NCBI GenBank assembly: GCA_029551285.1
Contig: JAKPFT010000024.1
Span: forward strand, 1,317 to 65,316
DNA: 64,000 bases
Direction of reading: 5' to 3'
Source of the DNA: a bacterium
Lineage (GTDB): Bacteria > Ratteibacteria > UBA8468 > B48-G9 > DSTR01
Under the pieces are notes generated by a model. That model was not told the DNA's origin. It ran no database searches and saw nothing but the letters and a program-made list of their open reading frames with translations. A program made the translations under genes and the position numbers. Positions 9,644-18,186 of the stretch are shown piece by piece (position 1 is the stretch's first letter; every line of letters begins with the position of its first letter).

Positions 9644-11062
9644 TCAGGTTTTGCCTGAAGCGTGAGGCAAGAGAGGTTGATGGGGCCGGCCGGGTATCAA
9701 TCTTTCTCCATCAGTAAACCCTTCAGGGCGGTTCTTCAGTTTTGTTATCAGCCTTTCTCTCCACACCAATAGCCGCGGCTGGTACTCAGGCCGGCAGGCC
9801 AGGTTGTGGAGTTCGCCAGGGTCGTCCTGCAGATTGAACAGTTGTTCCTCGCCGGTCGCGGTAAACCAGCAGTACTTCTCCTTCCCATCGGTCAGGAAAT
9901 GGTTGGCCTGGGGATAACTATAACAGGAAGCGTGCTCGCCGTGAAGATACTCTCTCTCCAGGGTTTTTTTCTTCCCCCGGAGGATCGGCGCCAGGCTCTG
10001 TCCTTCCACTGTTTCCGGGATGGGTATGCCGGCTAACTCTAAGATGGTGGGCATGATGTCCTCAAGGGATACCGGGCAAGAACAGGTCTGCCCCGGTTGA
10101 ACTTCCGGTCCCTGAATCAGGAAGGGAATTCTGGCTGAGCCTTCGTAGGGATAAGCCTTTCGGAAAAGGTAGTGGTCGCCTAACATTTCTCCATGGTCAG
10201 AGGTGAAAATTATGTAAGTGTTTTTGGCCAGGTCCCCTTTCAGGCCGGTATGGCTGCCCAGAAGCCGGTAAAGCTGGTCGTCAACATGGTTGATCAATCC
10301 GTAATAACCTGCGCGGGCCGCTCTCAGCGCTTCCCCCTGAAGGTTTACCCGGTAACTCTGAACATGGCTGCCCCTGCCGTCCCGTTCCGGCGGCTTCGCC
10401 CAGTCTCCCAGATAAGGCGGGGGAATCTGGCTCCGGAGGTACCTTTCCAGATAGAAAGCCGGCGGGACCAGGGGAGGGTGTGGAGCGATAAAGGAAACTA
10501 CCAGCAAAAACGGGCAGGAGGGGTCACGGCGCTTTAAGAAGTGAAGAGCCTGGGTTACGGTCCAGGTGGTTGGATGAAATTTCTCCTGTAGGTGCCAGGG
10601 TCTGGCGGTCCAGCCGTTTCCAGAGATGCCATGGTCCCAGTAGCCGGCCGGACAATTGTCCTGATGGTTGGTGAGAAACTCCATGTAATCATCTTCAAAA
10701 ATTACCATTTCGTCAAACCCGTATCGCTGGCGACGGGGCCAGAGGTGCATGTTTCTCCCCACGAGAAAAGTGTGATAGCCGGCGGCTTTCAGGACTGAAG
10801 GCAACGTCGGTGGGGCAGTCCATTCAAGACCATCATGGTAGCCGACCATACCGTGGGTAGCTGGATACTGGCCGACCATCAGGGAGCGTCTGGCCGGCAC
10901 ACAACTGGGGCAGGTACTGTAGGCTCTGGTAAAATGCACGCCCTGGCCACCGATGTGGTCAATGTTGGGCGTCAGCAGTACCGGATGGTTCTCCAGGGAA
11001 AGGCAGTCTCCCCGATGCTGGTCGGTCATGATTAAGATAAAGTTTGGTCTTGTGTCTTTCAT
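9644..11062 (-). CDS. Cys-type sulfatase (arylsulfatase A family)
   Basis: N-terminal NFILIMTDQHRGD and the formylglycine motif C-V-P-A-R-R-S (CxPxR). Strong RBS AAGGAGGTGGT before the ATG. Confidence 0.9.
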   Translation of the reverse strand: MKDTRPNFILIMTDQHRGDCLSLENHPVLLTPNIDHIGGQGVHFTRAYSTCPSCVPARRSLMVGQYPATHGMVGYHDGLEWTAPPTLPSVLKAAGYHTFLVGRNMHLWPRRQRYGFDEMVIFEDDYMEFLTNHQDNCPAGYWDHGISGNGWTARPWHLQEKFHPTTWTVTQALHFLKRRDPSCPFLLVVSFIAPHPPLVPPAFYLERYLRSQIPPPYLGDWAKPPERDGRGSHVQSYRVNLQGEALRAARAGYYGLINHVDDQLYRLLGSHTGLKGDLAKNTYIIFTSDHGEMLGDHYLFRKAYPYEGSARIPFLIQGPEVQPGQTCSCPVSLEDIMPTILELAGIPIPETVEGQSLAPILRGKKKTLEREYLHGEHASCYSYPQANHFLTDGKEKYCWFTATGEEQLFNLQDDPGELHNLACRPEYQPRLLVWRERLITKLKNRPEGFTDGERLIPGRPHQPLLPHASGKT

Positions 11063-11117
11063 ACCACCTCCTTGCTGGAAATGTCAGTGCCACCTGGAGA
11101 GACAGAACTTGACAGGC

Positions 11118-12236
11118 CTAATTTCTTCCTGACAGTTTCCACTTCAGGTCCAGATAATACCGGAAATTGTCGTAGGGTACATCCGGAGGAATGGCGTGGT
11201 CAATGTGGGGGATGTAACCACCCTGTTCCAGCAGCACCGGTATCTTAGAGTAAAGTTCCTGCTCAATGGCTTTCCTATCTGCTGCCAGGGCGCGCTTATC
11301 CAGTCCGCCACAGAAAACGATTCCCCGGCCAAATTTTTTCCGCAACCTTCTTGGATCCATCCCGGAAGCCTGTTCCAGCGGCCAGAAGCAGTTGATGCCG
11401 GCTTCCAGCCACAGAGGAATGAGCACTTCAATGTCTCCGTCAGAATCCACCCAGAAACTGAAGATGCCGGCTCGTTTCAGCCGGTCAATTATCCGGCGGT
11501 AGGGTTTGAGAAAAAATCTTCGGAAAATCTCCGGGCCGAAAAGCGGTCCGCCCTTGCCAGCGCAGTCTTCAAAAAAATTGAAGTAGTCAAACCTGACTTC
11601 CTGGAGAGCCTTTTCCACCAGAGAGAGGAGAAACTCACTGGCAAACTCCACCATTTCTTCCACCAGGGCGGCATCGTCGTAAAAGAGATAAGAGATTTTT
11701 TCCGTACCTGCCCAGCGCCGCAGGTGGGAATAGAGGCCAAAGGAACCGTTACCCAGCAGACACAGCGGATAATCACGGTTCTGCCACATCTTCACCTGCT
11801 GGTCCCACCAGAGCGGGTAGCGGATGGGCGTCAAAGGATTAAACCTTTTTTTCATCTCCTGCCAGGAGTTTCTATCCTTTACTGGAAACTCCAAGTAGTT
11901 ATCCATGCATGACCTGGTACCACCGACGGTGCCTTCTTTAAGGGCTTTGGTGATAACCCCGTTTTCGTGACGGGCAATAATGTAGCGGTCAGTTTCCTCA
12001 ATCACGCGGTACTCAAACCGGGGGATAGGTCCACAGTCAACTCGGGCAAAGGCCCGGCGGTCCAGACGGAAGAATGGCTCGCCTTCAAACATGTCGCCGC
12101 AGTAAACCTGGTCTTTCGGCAGTCCCTCCTGAAACCACCTCTGCCTGGTCTGTCCCCACAGACCCAGTTCGTAATTGGGTACCCACGGAGTAACTTCGCC
12201 GGCCATAAGCTGCCGGAAACATTCAAGGTATTCCAT
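11118..12236 (-). CDS. Uroporphyrinogen decarboxylase (URO-D) family protein
   Basis: URO-D/MtaA-like length and C-terminal GGYIPHIDHAIPPDV-type segment. I place the start at the ATG at 12236 (MEYLECF..), which is preceded by GGGAGGG-TAAA. The longer track ORF (to 12320) runs through three hairpins. Confidence 0.75.
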   Translation of the reverse strand: MEYLECFRQLMAGEVTPWVPNYELGLWGQTRQRWFQEGLPKDQVYCGDMFEGEPFFRLDRRAFARVDCGPIPRFEYRVIEETDRYIIARHENGVITKALKEGTVGGTRSCMDNYLEFPVKDRNSWQEMKKRFNPLTPIRYPLWWDQQVKMWQNRDYPLCLLGNGSFGLYSHLRRWAGTEKISYLFYDDAALVEEMVEFASEFLLSLVEKALQEVRFDYFNFFEDCAGKGGPLFGPEIFRRFFLKPYRRIIDRLKRAGIFSFWVDSDGDIEVLIPLWLEAGINCFWPLEQASGMDPRRLRKKFGRGIVFCGGLDKRALAADRKAIEQELYSKIPVLLEQGGYIPHIDHAIPPDVPYDNFRYYLDLKWKLSGRN

Positions 12237-12251
12237 TTTACCCTCCCTGAA

Positions 12252-12349
12252 GTAATCCCTCACGGGATTACTTTCATAGGGGCGCACGCCCCTCTGACGG
12301 TCGCTACCGCTCCCTGTCACCCCACGGGGGAAACCAGACTGTTTCCCCC
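12252..12349 (-). other. Three consecutive GC-rich stem-loops in the intercistronic spacer
   Basis: Read on the minus strand: GGGGGAAAC-AGUCUG-GUUUCCCCC (12349..12326), AGGGGC-GUGC-GCCCCU (12294..12279), and GUAAUCCC-GUGA-GGGAUUAC (12271..12252, GNRA-type loop). The last one ends 4 nt before the GGGAGGG RBS. Confidence 0.5.
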
Positions 12350-12358
12350 GTACACCCC

Positions 12359-14449
12359 CTAATCCGCATCGGAATTTTTCAAATTCCGATACTCTGAAAT
12401 AGCCTGCCGCCGCAACAGTGCCGGTAATTTCTTCCGGGTAAGAAGCGTCACCAGTTCCTGGCTGCGTCGTTCAATTCTTTCCAAACTGGCTGGAGAAAAC
12501 ATAGCCACCCACTCTGCCGGAACCTGACTGGCACCGGAAAGGGCTCCGGCCAGCATTGCGGCCCGGCCGGCAATGGTATCCGCGTCCCGGCCAATATTGG
12601 TGCCACCGATGGCGGCCTGGCGGACATTCCCCCGGGCGATCTTGAACATCGCCAGGGAAAGACCCCACACTTCCAGCGGGTCAATCATGTGGTAGAAAAG
12701 ACAGCGCCGGTACAGTTGTTCTCTCGCCCGGAGAACATCGTCGTAGCGGTCAGCGATTTCCAGACAGGTAGCCAGGTACTCCCGGCAGCTGGCAAAGGCT
12801 CTCCGGTCAAAGGTCAGAAGTGGCCTTTCCGGAGCCACCTGCAAGGCTGTGGCGCAGACAGTTTCCACTGTGGCGTCCGGTTTCAATGCCTCGGCGACCG
12901 TAGCCGCCATCATGGAAGCCGCCAGCGCATCCAGTCCTCGCTGGTACATATAGGCAATCGCCAGAGCATCAATGGCGGCAAATTCCGGGTCTGCCAGATG
13001 GTAAATACCCACCGGCTCCAGGCACATTACGGTAGAGCCGGTAACCACCGACCAGTGGCCGACAATTCTGGGGTCCCATCCTTCCCTGATGCGGTCGTAT
13101 GCATGGCCCATACACCAGATGTAAAAGTGGTCCCGGTTAAGTTTTTCCATCCAGGTCCTGCCGAAATCTCTGGCCATGACCGGTCGGCCGTCAGCCTTGA
13201 GGTAGGTTTCCACCAGGAGCATGGCCATCTGGTTGTCGTCTTCGCCTTCCAGCCGGGAAGGGTCAAGGATGGTTTTTACCCCGCCCGGATATTTTTCTTC
13301 TATCTCCCACCAGAATTTCCCTTCTACCGGAGAACCCATAGCGTTGCCAATTGCACCTGCGAGGAGGCACCCCTTAACCTTCTCTTTCAGGGAAGGCCTT
13401 CCTGGAGTTTTCTCCCCGGCTAATGCTTTAACCGCGACCACAATTTGTTTCTCCTGGTCCAGCCTTCTTTGAACAATTTCCGGAAACGAGTTCCACTCAG
13501 CCAGTTTCGTCTGAGCCCAGGCCAGCCATGTTTCCGGAAAAGACTTCAGCCCGTTTCTGGCTCCGGCCATCGCTCCGGCGATGGTGCCAGCGTAGGCCGC
13601 CACCTGCATGTAGTCTGAGGAAAGAACAGCCAGCCGTACCAGTTTCTCCGGCTGGTCAAGATACCTGGCTACCAGCGGCAGGACGAATCTGACCGGATTA
13701 TAGGCCAGCCAGGTGGTCCGGACGGTTGGCTCCGGTTCGTGTTTTCTCTGGAAAAGACTCCGGAGTAATTCTTCTTCCTGAGCAAACCGCAGCCTTTTCA
13801 GAACCCAGTCCAGTTCGTAGAACAGTTCCCGGTTGTGCTCAAAGGCTACTTTCATTACAGTTTCCACCACCTCTGAACCTGGCAACTCCGGGTCAAAACA
13901 GGCCGCGATGGCCGCTGCCGCCAGGGCCGCCCAGTCAGCGCCAAGCCGTGGCTGGGCAACGCTGGCTAATTCCACGCCGTCCAGATAGGCGTAGTCAGGC
14001 CGGGCAAAGTGGTAAGCGGCGACCGCGGGCATGGCGGCGGAAACAAATCCCGCCGGACAAGTTAGGGTACCGGCCAGTCTGGGGTTCATGCCTTCCTTCA
14101 AAATTTCCTGGACTGTGTGCAGTGAATCCCAGAAGATAGCCGGAGCGGAAATCCCCGGATGGTCGCGGAAAACTCCGGCAAAGTCTTCGGGACTTGCCCG
14201 GCCATTTGCTTTCAGGTACGCCTGGACACCGGCGTCAATCAGGGCCACCGGCGAAACCGGTCCCATCCTGTTTTTTTCTGGCTGGTAATCTTCAAGGCGG
14301 TTGAGATTGAGACTGAAGAAATCTTCCGGGGCCAGAAGTGGAAACTGCTGAGGCTTCACAGTTCTGGCCCAGCCCAGCTCAGCGCCGATGACCGCACCAG
14401 CCAGACATCCACAGACCCGTTCCTGGACAGGTAAGTTCTTGACGGGAAT
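12359..14449 (-). CDS. Two-domain ADP-ribosylglycohydrolase family protein (apparent ATT start)
   Basis: The second domain has KVKGCLLAGAIGNAMGSPVEG and GGTNIGRDADTIAGRAAMLAGALSG. The first-domain N-terminal motif ERVCGCLAGAVIGAELGW is encoded in frame upstream of the first canonical start (GTG 14359). AAGGAGG (14461..14455) lies 5 nt before an ATT at 14449..14447. Confidence 0.8.
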   Translation of the reverse strand: MPVKNLPVQERVCGCLAGAVIGAELGWARTVKPQQFPLLAPEDFFSLNLNRLEDYQPEKNRMGPVSPVALIDAGVQAYLKANGRASPEDFAGVFRDHPGISAPAIFWDSLHTVQEILKEGMNPRLAGTLTCPAGFVSAAMPAVAAYHFARPDYAYLDGVELASVAQPRLGADWAALAAAAIAACFDPELPGSEVVETVMKVAFEHNRELFYELDWVLKRLRFAQEEELLRSLFQRKHEPEPTVRTTWLAYNPVRFVLPLVARYLDQPEKLVRLAVLSSDYMQVAAYAGTIAGAMAGARNGLKSFPETWLAWAQTKLAEWNSFPEIVQRRLDQEKQIVVAVKALAGEKTPGRPSLKEKVKGCLLAGAIGNAMGSPVEGKFWWEIEEKYPGGVKTILDPSRLEGEDDNQMAMLLVETYLKADGRPVMARDFGRTWMEKLNRDHFYIWCMGHAYDRIREGWDPRIVGHWSVVTGSTVMCLEPVGIYHLADPEFAAIDALAIAYMYQRGLDALAASMMAATVAEALKPDATVETVCATALQVAPERPLLTFDRRAFASCREYLATCLEIADRYDDVLRAREQLYRRCLFYHMIDPLEVWGLSLAMFKIARGNVRQAAIGGTNIGRDADTIAGRAAMLAGALSGASQVPAEWVAMFSPASLERIERRSQELVTLLTRKKLPALLRRQAISEYRNLKNSDAD

Positions 14450-14478
14450 AGTTTCCTCCTTGTTGTCTTCGGCGGGAA

Positions 14479-14508
14479 ACGATAGCGCACAAATCCAGCC
14501 AGTGTCAA
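14479..14508 (-). promoter_or_regulatory. Possible sigma70-type promoter upstream of the ADP-ribosylglycohydrolase gene
   Basis: Minus strand TTGACA (14508..14503), 18-nt spacer, TATCGT (14484..14479). It is preceded by an 8-bp hairpin GGGCGGGU-ACAGA-ACCCGUCC (14529..14509), which starts 14 nt downstream of the upstream TAG stop codon. Confidence 0.3.
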
Positions 14509-14542
14509 GGACGGGTTCTGTACCCGCCCCTGAAAGGAAACT

Positions 14543-17500
14543 CTATTCGGCTTCCACCACCAGTATTCTAAAGGAGTGGGCTTCGCAGAGATAAGGTTCA
14601 TCAATCAGGAGCCGACCGTCGCGAAAGCCGGTTTTCACCGTCTGGCCGGTTTCGGCATCAAACACCCGTTTGACACTTACCGGCTTTTCGGCGTCAGCCG
14701 GCACACCGCTGGTAGCCAGAATTACCCCGGCCGGAGAAAAACTTGTTCCGCCCAGATAAGTATCCTTCTTGCCGGTATTGAAGAAGACCAGCACGCCGGT
14801 CTTCATCCAGGGATTCTGGTAGAGAGAAACAGCGATCCCTTCTGGTGTGCGGACAAAAGGTGAGCTCATCCAGTAGCCCATGAAGAGGCATCTTTCCGGT
14901 TTCTCGTATTCCACTAAATAGTTCAGTTTGCGGATTAAGTCAGGGTCAAAAACCGGTCCGATGTCATGAAGCAGCAGGATACCGTCAGCGCTTCTTTTCA
15001 TGCGGCGGTCGTTTTCCGGCGTGGAGCCGCGGAAACGGGTCAGGTAGCTAGGTTTGACAGCCATGACCGTACTCTTGGGTCTGGCGGCTGCCCGGAAGAA
15101 GTCCAGGCTACCATAATGGTCAAGGGTGGAGATATCGTTGGAAGATGGTCCCCAGAACCCTTCCACCATCCAGTAAATCTGGCACCAGGAAAGTTCCACC
15201 TGGGTATTGATCGCCCAGCACGGCGGCCGCATGTGCTGCCAGCCCAGCACATTAAGTCTCTTGCAGAGTTGACGCCGGTAAATCAGGTTCCACTTCTCAT
15301 CCAGCCGGTCAAGTTCCGGGTCATATTCCGTAACGGTTCCGGTATAACAGTTGTCCCACCAGGTTCCGTTGATGCCAGCCAGGTCAATCAGTCTGTCGTG
15401 GTACCAGACGAAGAAGTCAATCATGCTGGCAGGCCAGTTAACCCGGGCGGCGGTTAACTGTTGGGGTGTTTTCCACTGGATAGTGTGACCATAATTCCAC
15501 CTTTCCGCAAATTTCAGGTCAGGACTGGGCTTCCAGTTGCTGCGTCCCAGCCATTCGCCGCCGAAAGTTTCAAATTCCGGAGCGGCCAGTCCAGTCATCC
15601 ACTGAGAGCCGTAGAGCATAATCCTGTCGGCGCTACCCTCGCGAATCATCTTTCCCAGCCGGTTGTACCAGTGGTCATACCGTTTCTCAGGATTATCTTG
15701 CCTGCTGTTGCCGTAAAGCAGGAACTTGCGTAGTTCCTCATAGTCTTTTCGTTCTGGCAGGGAGAAGGAGTCCACAGCGTCGCCGTAATAACGATAGCCG
15801 GACGTATCGTGAGCGATATTGCTGACCCTGGTGCGATACCGAACATCGTTGGGTTTAATCGGCGCTGCCTGAAGAGCAAAACGAATTTTCCTTGGTTTAT
15901 CCACCAGTAGCGGCCCGCTGAGGAAACGAACTCTTAATAGAACATTTCCATTCGGCTGTCTTTCTACCCTGACGCAGGCATCATCATCCTTCAGGTGCCA
16001 GCCGGCATCGCTCCAGGCAAAAAACCACAGTCCGCGGTCACCGTTGCCCACAAAGGTAATCGGAGCAAACGACTTCCAGTCTTTTTTCAGGTCAAAAGGA
16101 CCTCCGCGGCCAAACTTATCTCCCCGGCCCAGCGAGGTGCTGAGATAGCACACCCCGGGCTTCTCAGGGATGCCGCCGTGGTAACTGTTGTCCACACCGC
16201 CGCCCAGCCGCTGCACGTAGAGAGTGTCAATGGGAAAGGCTGGTTGCTGTCTGGCAGGGGCAGCCTGGCGCAGCTCCGCCACCAGCTCAAGATAGTCCAA
16301 GGTTACTGGTTTTTCCGGGAGAAGAGACAGTTCCACCTGGTACCAGCCGTCATACTCAAGAAAGGCCTTTGTGGCTACCTGAAGCGGGCCTAAACGACCT
16401 GAACCGGAAACTTCTGCCCGGTGAGCAGCCACTGAGTCAATTTTTCCGGTGGCTTCGCTGGCTGTGACCAACTTTTTCTCCATGGAAGCCTCCAGCCGCA
16501 GTGGCCAAGCCAGTAAAGGCTCCTGCCGGCCCGCAGTTCCTGAAGGCGGTGCGGTAAGAATCTGCTCCAGCAACCCTAAGGGTCCTATCTGGTAAATCCG
16601 GCCCCACATTCCGACCGCGTTGTTCAGGCCTTTGCCCACGAAGAATTTTCTACCAGCACCGGTGAGATAAACCGGATTGAGTTCCAGGGGATCAAACGGT
16701 GGAATGACTTCGTCGGACAGGCCTAGTTTGTTGTGCTCAAACGGAAAGTGCTTCCGGCAGAAGCTCTCGGTTTTTTCAGCGACGGCGGTGCCAGCGGAAG
16801 AATAGAGACGAAAGATGGCCTGGTACTCACCGTCGGCCAGTTCCGGCAGAACGAAGAAGGTTTCACCAGCTCCAGCCACAAGGCTTCCTGAACTGCTGGC
16901 CAGGGTTTTTTTCTCCCCTTTTTTGCACACCTCAACCGTGAAGCGAGCGGCTGACTTTATCTTTTCTGGCACGCCAAAAAAGTCAACATCCACTTTTGCC
17001 AGGGCCCTGGAAGAATAAGGCAGGTAGGCAAATACAGTCTCCCACTCTCCGCTTTGCGGTCGTCCGGCCACCCAGGGGTCCCAGTATTTGGCGCGCCAGG
17101 CCGGCGTCATTTTCATAAAGGGCATCCGGTGCTGGAAAAGAACAGTTTCTTTCTTCCCTTCCCGCCAGAGCGCGCTGACTTCTAACAGATTGCGCTTGCC
17201 CTCCAGTTCCACTTCTGATACCGGCAGGGAAGACTTCCTGAAGGTAAGCAGTTGCCTCTGCCCCAGGGACACAGTCGTTGTTTGTTCTTCCTGAAAAAGG
17301 GTGCGGCCCTCAGCGTCTTCCACCAGAAATCTCACCACAACCTGCTGCGGCTGGGCTTGTTTCCCGACAACCTCCACCGTGGCGGCCAGATTTCCTTCCA
17401 TAACCTCACCCAGTTTGCTCAGCCGGAAAGCCGGACAGCCGGCGTCAAAACTGACCTGGCCGAAACGCTGCCAGTCCATCCAGCTGGTGCCGACCCAGCC

Positions 17501-18181
17501 AGCAAAGTACATGCCACCAGTATCAGCGGCTCGCACCAGTTGCATCACCACACTGTTTCCCGGAAACTGGCTCAGTTTAAGAGCGTCGGCTTTGACAGAA
17601 AGTTCCATCTCCCAGTACTGGTCGGTGACTGTGCACCTGACTTCTCCGCCGGTGGACCAGAGGTCTTCGGTTCCCGGGGTGCCGTTAAAATAATGGCAGT
17701 CATGCATCGCTCCCAGAGCGTTAACCACCATCTTGTAAAAGCCCTTGCCAGGTTTGCCGGCATCTTCCCGGGCATGGGTGAGAATCTGGATTTCCACATG
17801 GTCGCCCCAGAGGACATCAGGGTCATCGTGCTCCTTTACCCGGCCCACCGGATAAGTTCCCCGGGGATGAGGCGAGTGCATCCCGATATAAAGGGTATCC
17901 CCGTAATATCCGAGGTACCACAGCACCTGCTGGGCTTCTGGTAGCAGAAACTCCTTTCCGAGGGGATTGCCGCAGACGCCGGTAAACACACAGGCATCCT
18001 GCCACTCGCTTTTTTCCAGACGGCCGTCAATTTTTATTGGTTGAGCCAGCGCCGGCACGCGCAGCTGCGGGAAGAAAACTCCCGCCGGTGTGTTCTTGGC
18101 TGCCTGACTATAGTGGAATGAACTGGAAAACATCATTGCCAGCATCCCCCATAAAATTAACCGTCGCATCTTTTCCTCCAT
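14543..18181 (-). CDS. Giant secreted protein, paralog A: CBM9/DOMON-like N-terminus plus putative TIM-barrel glycosidase-like C-terminus
   Basis: Signal peptide MRRLILWGMLAMMFSSSFHYSQA. N-terminal PIKIDGRLEKSEWQD..DHVEIQIL module. C-terminal region has the motif GINGTWWDNCY shared with the paralogs. Confidence 0.85.
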   Translation of the reverse strand: MEEKMRRLILWGMLAMMFSSSFHYSQAAKNTPAGVFFPQLRVPALAQPIKIDGRLEKSEWQDACVFTGVCGNPLGKEFLLPEAQQVLWYLGYYGDTLYIGMHSPHPRGTYPVGRVKEHDDPDVLWGDHVEIQILTHAREDAGKPGKGFYKMVVNALGAMHDCHYFNGTPGTEDLWSTGGEVRCTVTDQYWEMELSVKADALKLSQFPGNSVVMQLVRAADTGGMYFAGWVGTSWMDWQRFGQVSFDAGCPAFRLSKLGEVMEGNLAATVEVVGKQAQPQQVVVRFLVEDAEGRTLFQEEQTTTVSLGQRQLLTFRKSSLPVSEVELEGKRNLLEVSALWREGKKETVLFQHRMPFMKMTPAWRAKYWDPWVAGRPQSGEWETVFAYLPYSSRALAKVDVDFFGVPEKIKSAARFTVEVCKKGEKKTLASSSGSLVAGAGETFFVLPELADGEYQAIFRLYSSAGTAVAEKTESFCRKHFPFEHNKLGLSDEVIPPFDPLELNPVYLTGAGRKFFVGKGLNNAVGMWGRIYQIGPLGLLEQILTAPPSGTAGRQEPLLAWPLRLEASMEKKLVTASEATGKIDSVAAHRAEVSGSGRLGPLQVATKAFLEYDGWYQVELSLLPEKPVTLDYLELVAELRQAAPARQQPAFPIDTLYVQRLGGGVDNSYHGGIPEKPGVCYLSTSLGRGDKFGRGGPFDLKKDWKSFAPITFVGNGDRGLWFFAWSDAGWHLKDDDACVRVERQPNGNVLLRVRFLSGPLLVDKPRKIRFALQAAPIKPNDVRYRTRVSNIAHDTSGYRYYGDAVDSFSLPERKDYEELRKFLLYGNSRQDNPEKRYDHWYNRLGKMIREGSADRIMLYGSQWMTGLAAPEFETFGGEWLGRSNWKPSPDLKFAERWNYGHTIQWKTPQQLTAARVNWPASMIDFFVWYHDRLIDLAGINGTWWDNCYTGTVTEYDPELDRLDEKWNLIYRRQLCKRLNVLGWQHMRPPCWAINTQVELSWCQIYWMVEGFWGPSSNDISTLDHYGSLDFFRAAARPKSTVMAVKPSYLTRFRGSTPENDRRMKRSADGILLLHDIGPVFDPDLIRKLNYLVEYEKPERCLFMGYWMSSPFVRTPEGIAVSLYQNPWMKTGVLVFFNTGKKDTYLGGTSFSPAGVILATSGVPADAEKPVSVKRVFDAETGQTVKTGFRDGRLLIDEPYLCEAHSFRILVVEAE

Positions 18182-18186
18182 GTAGG

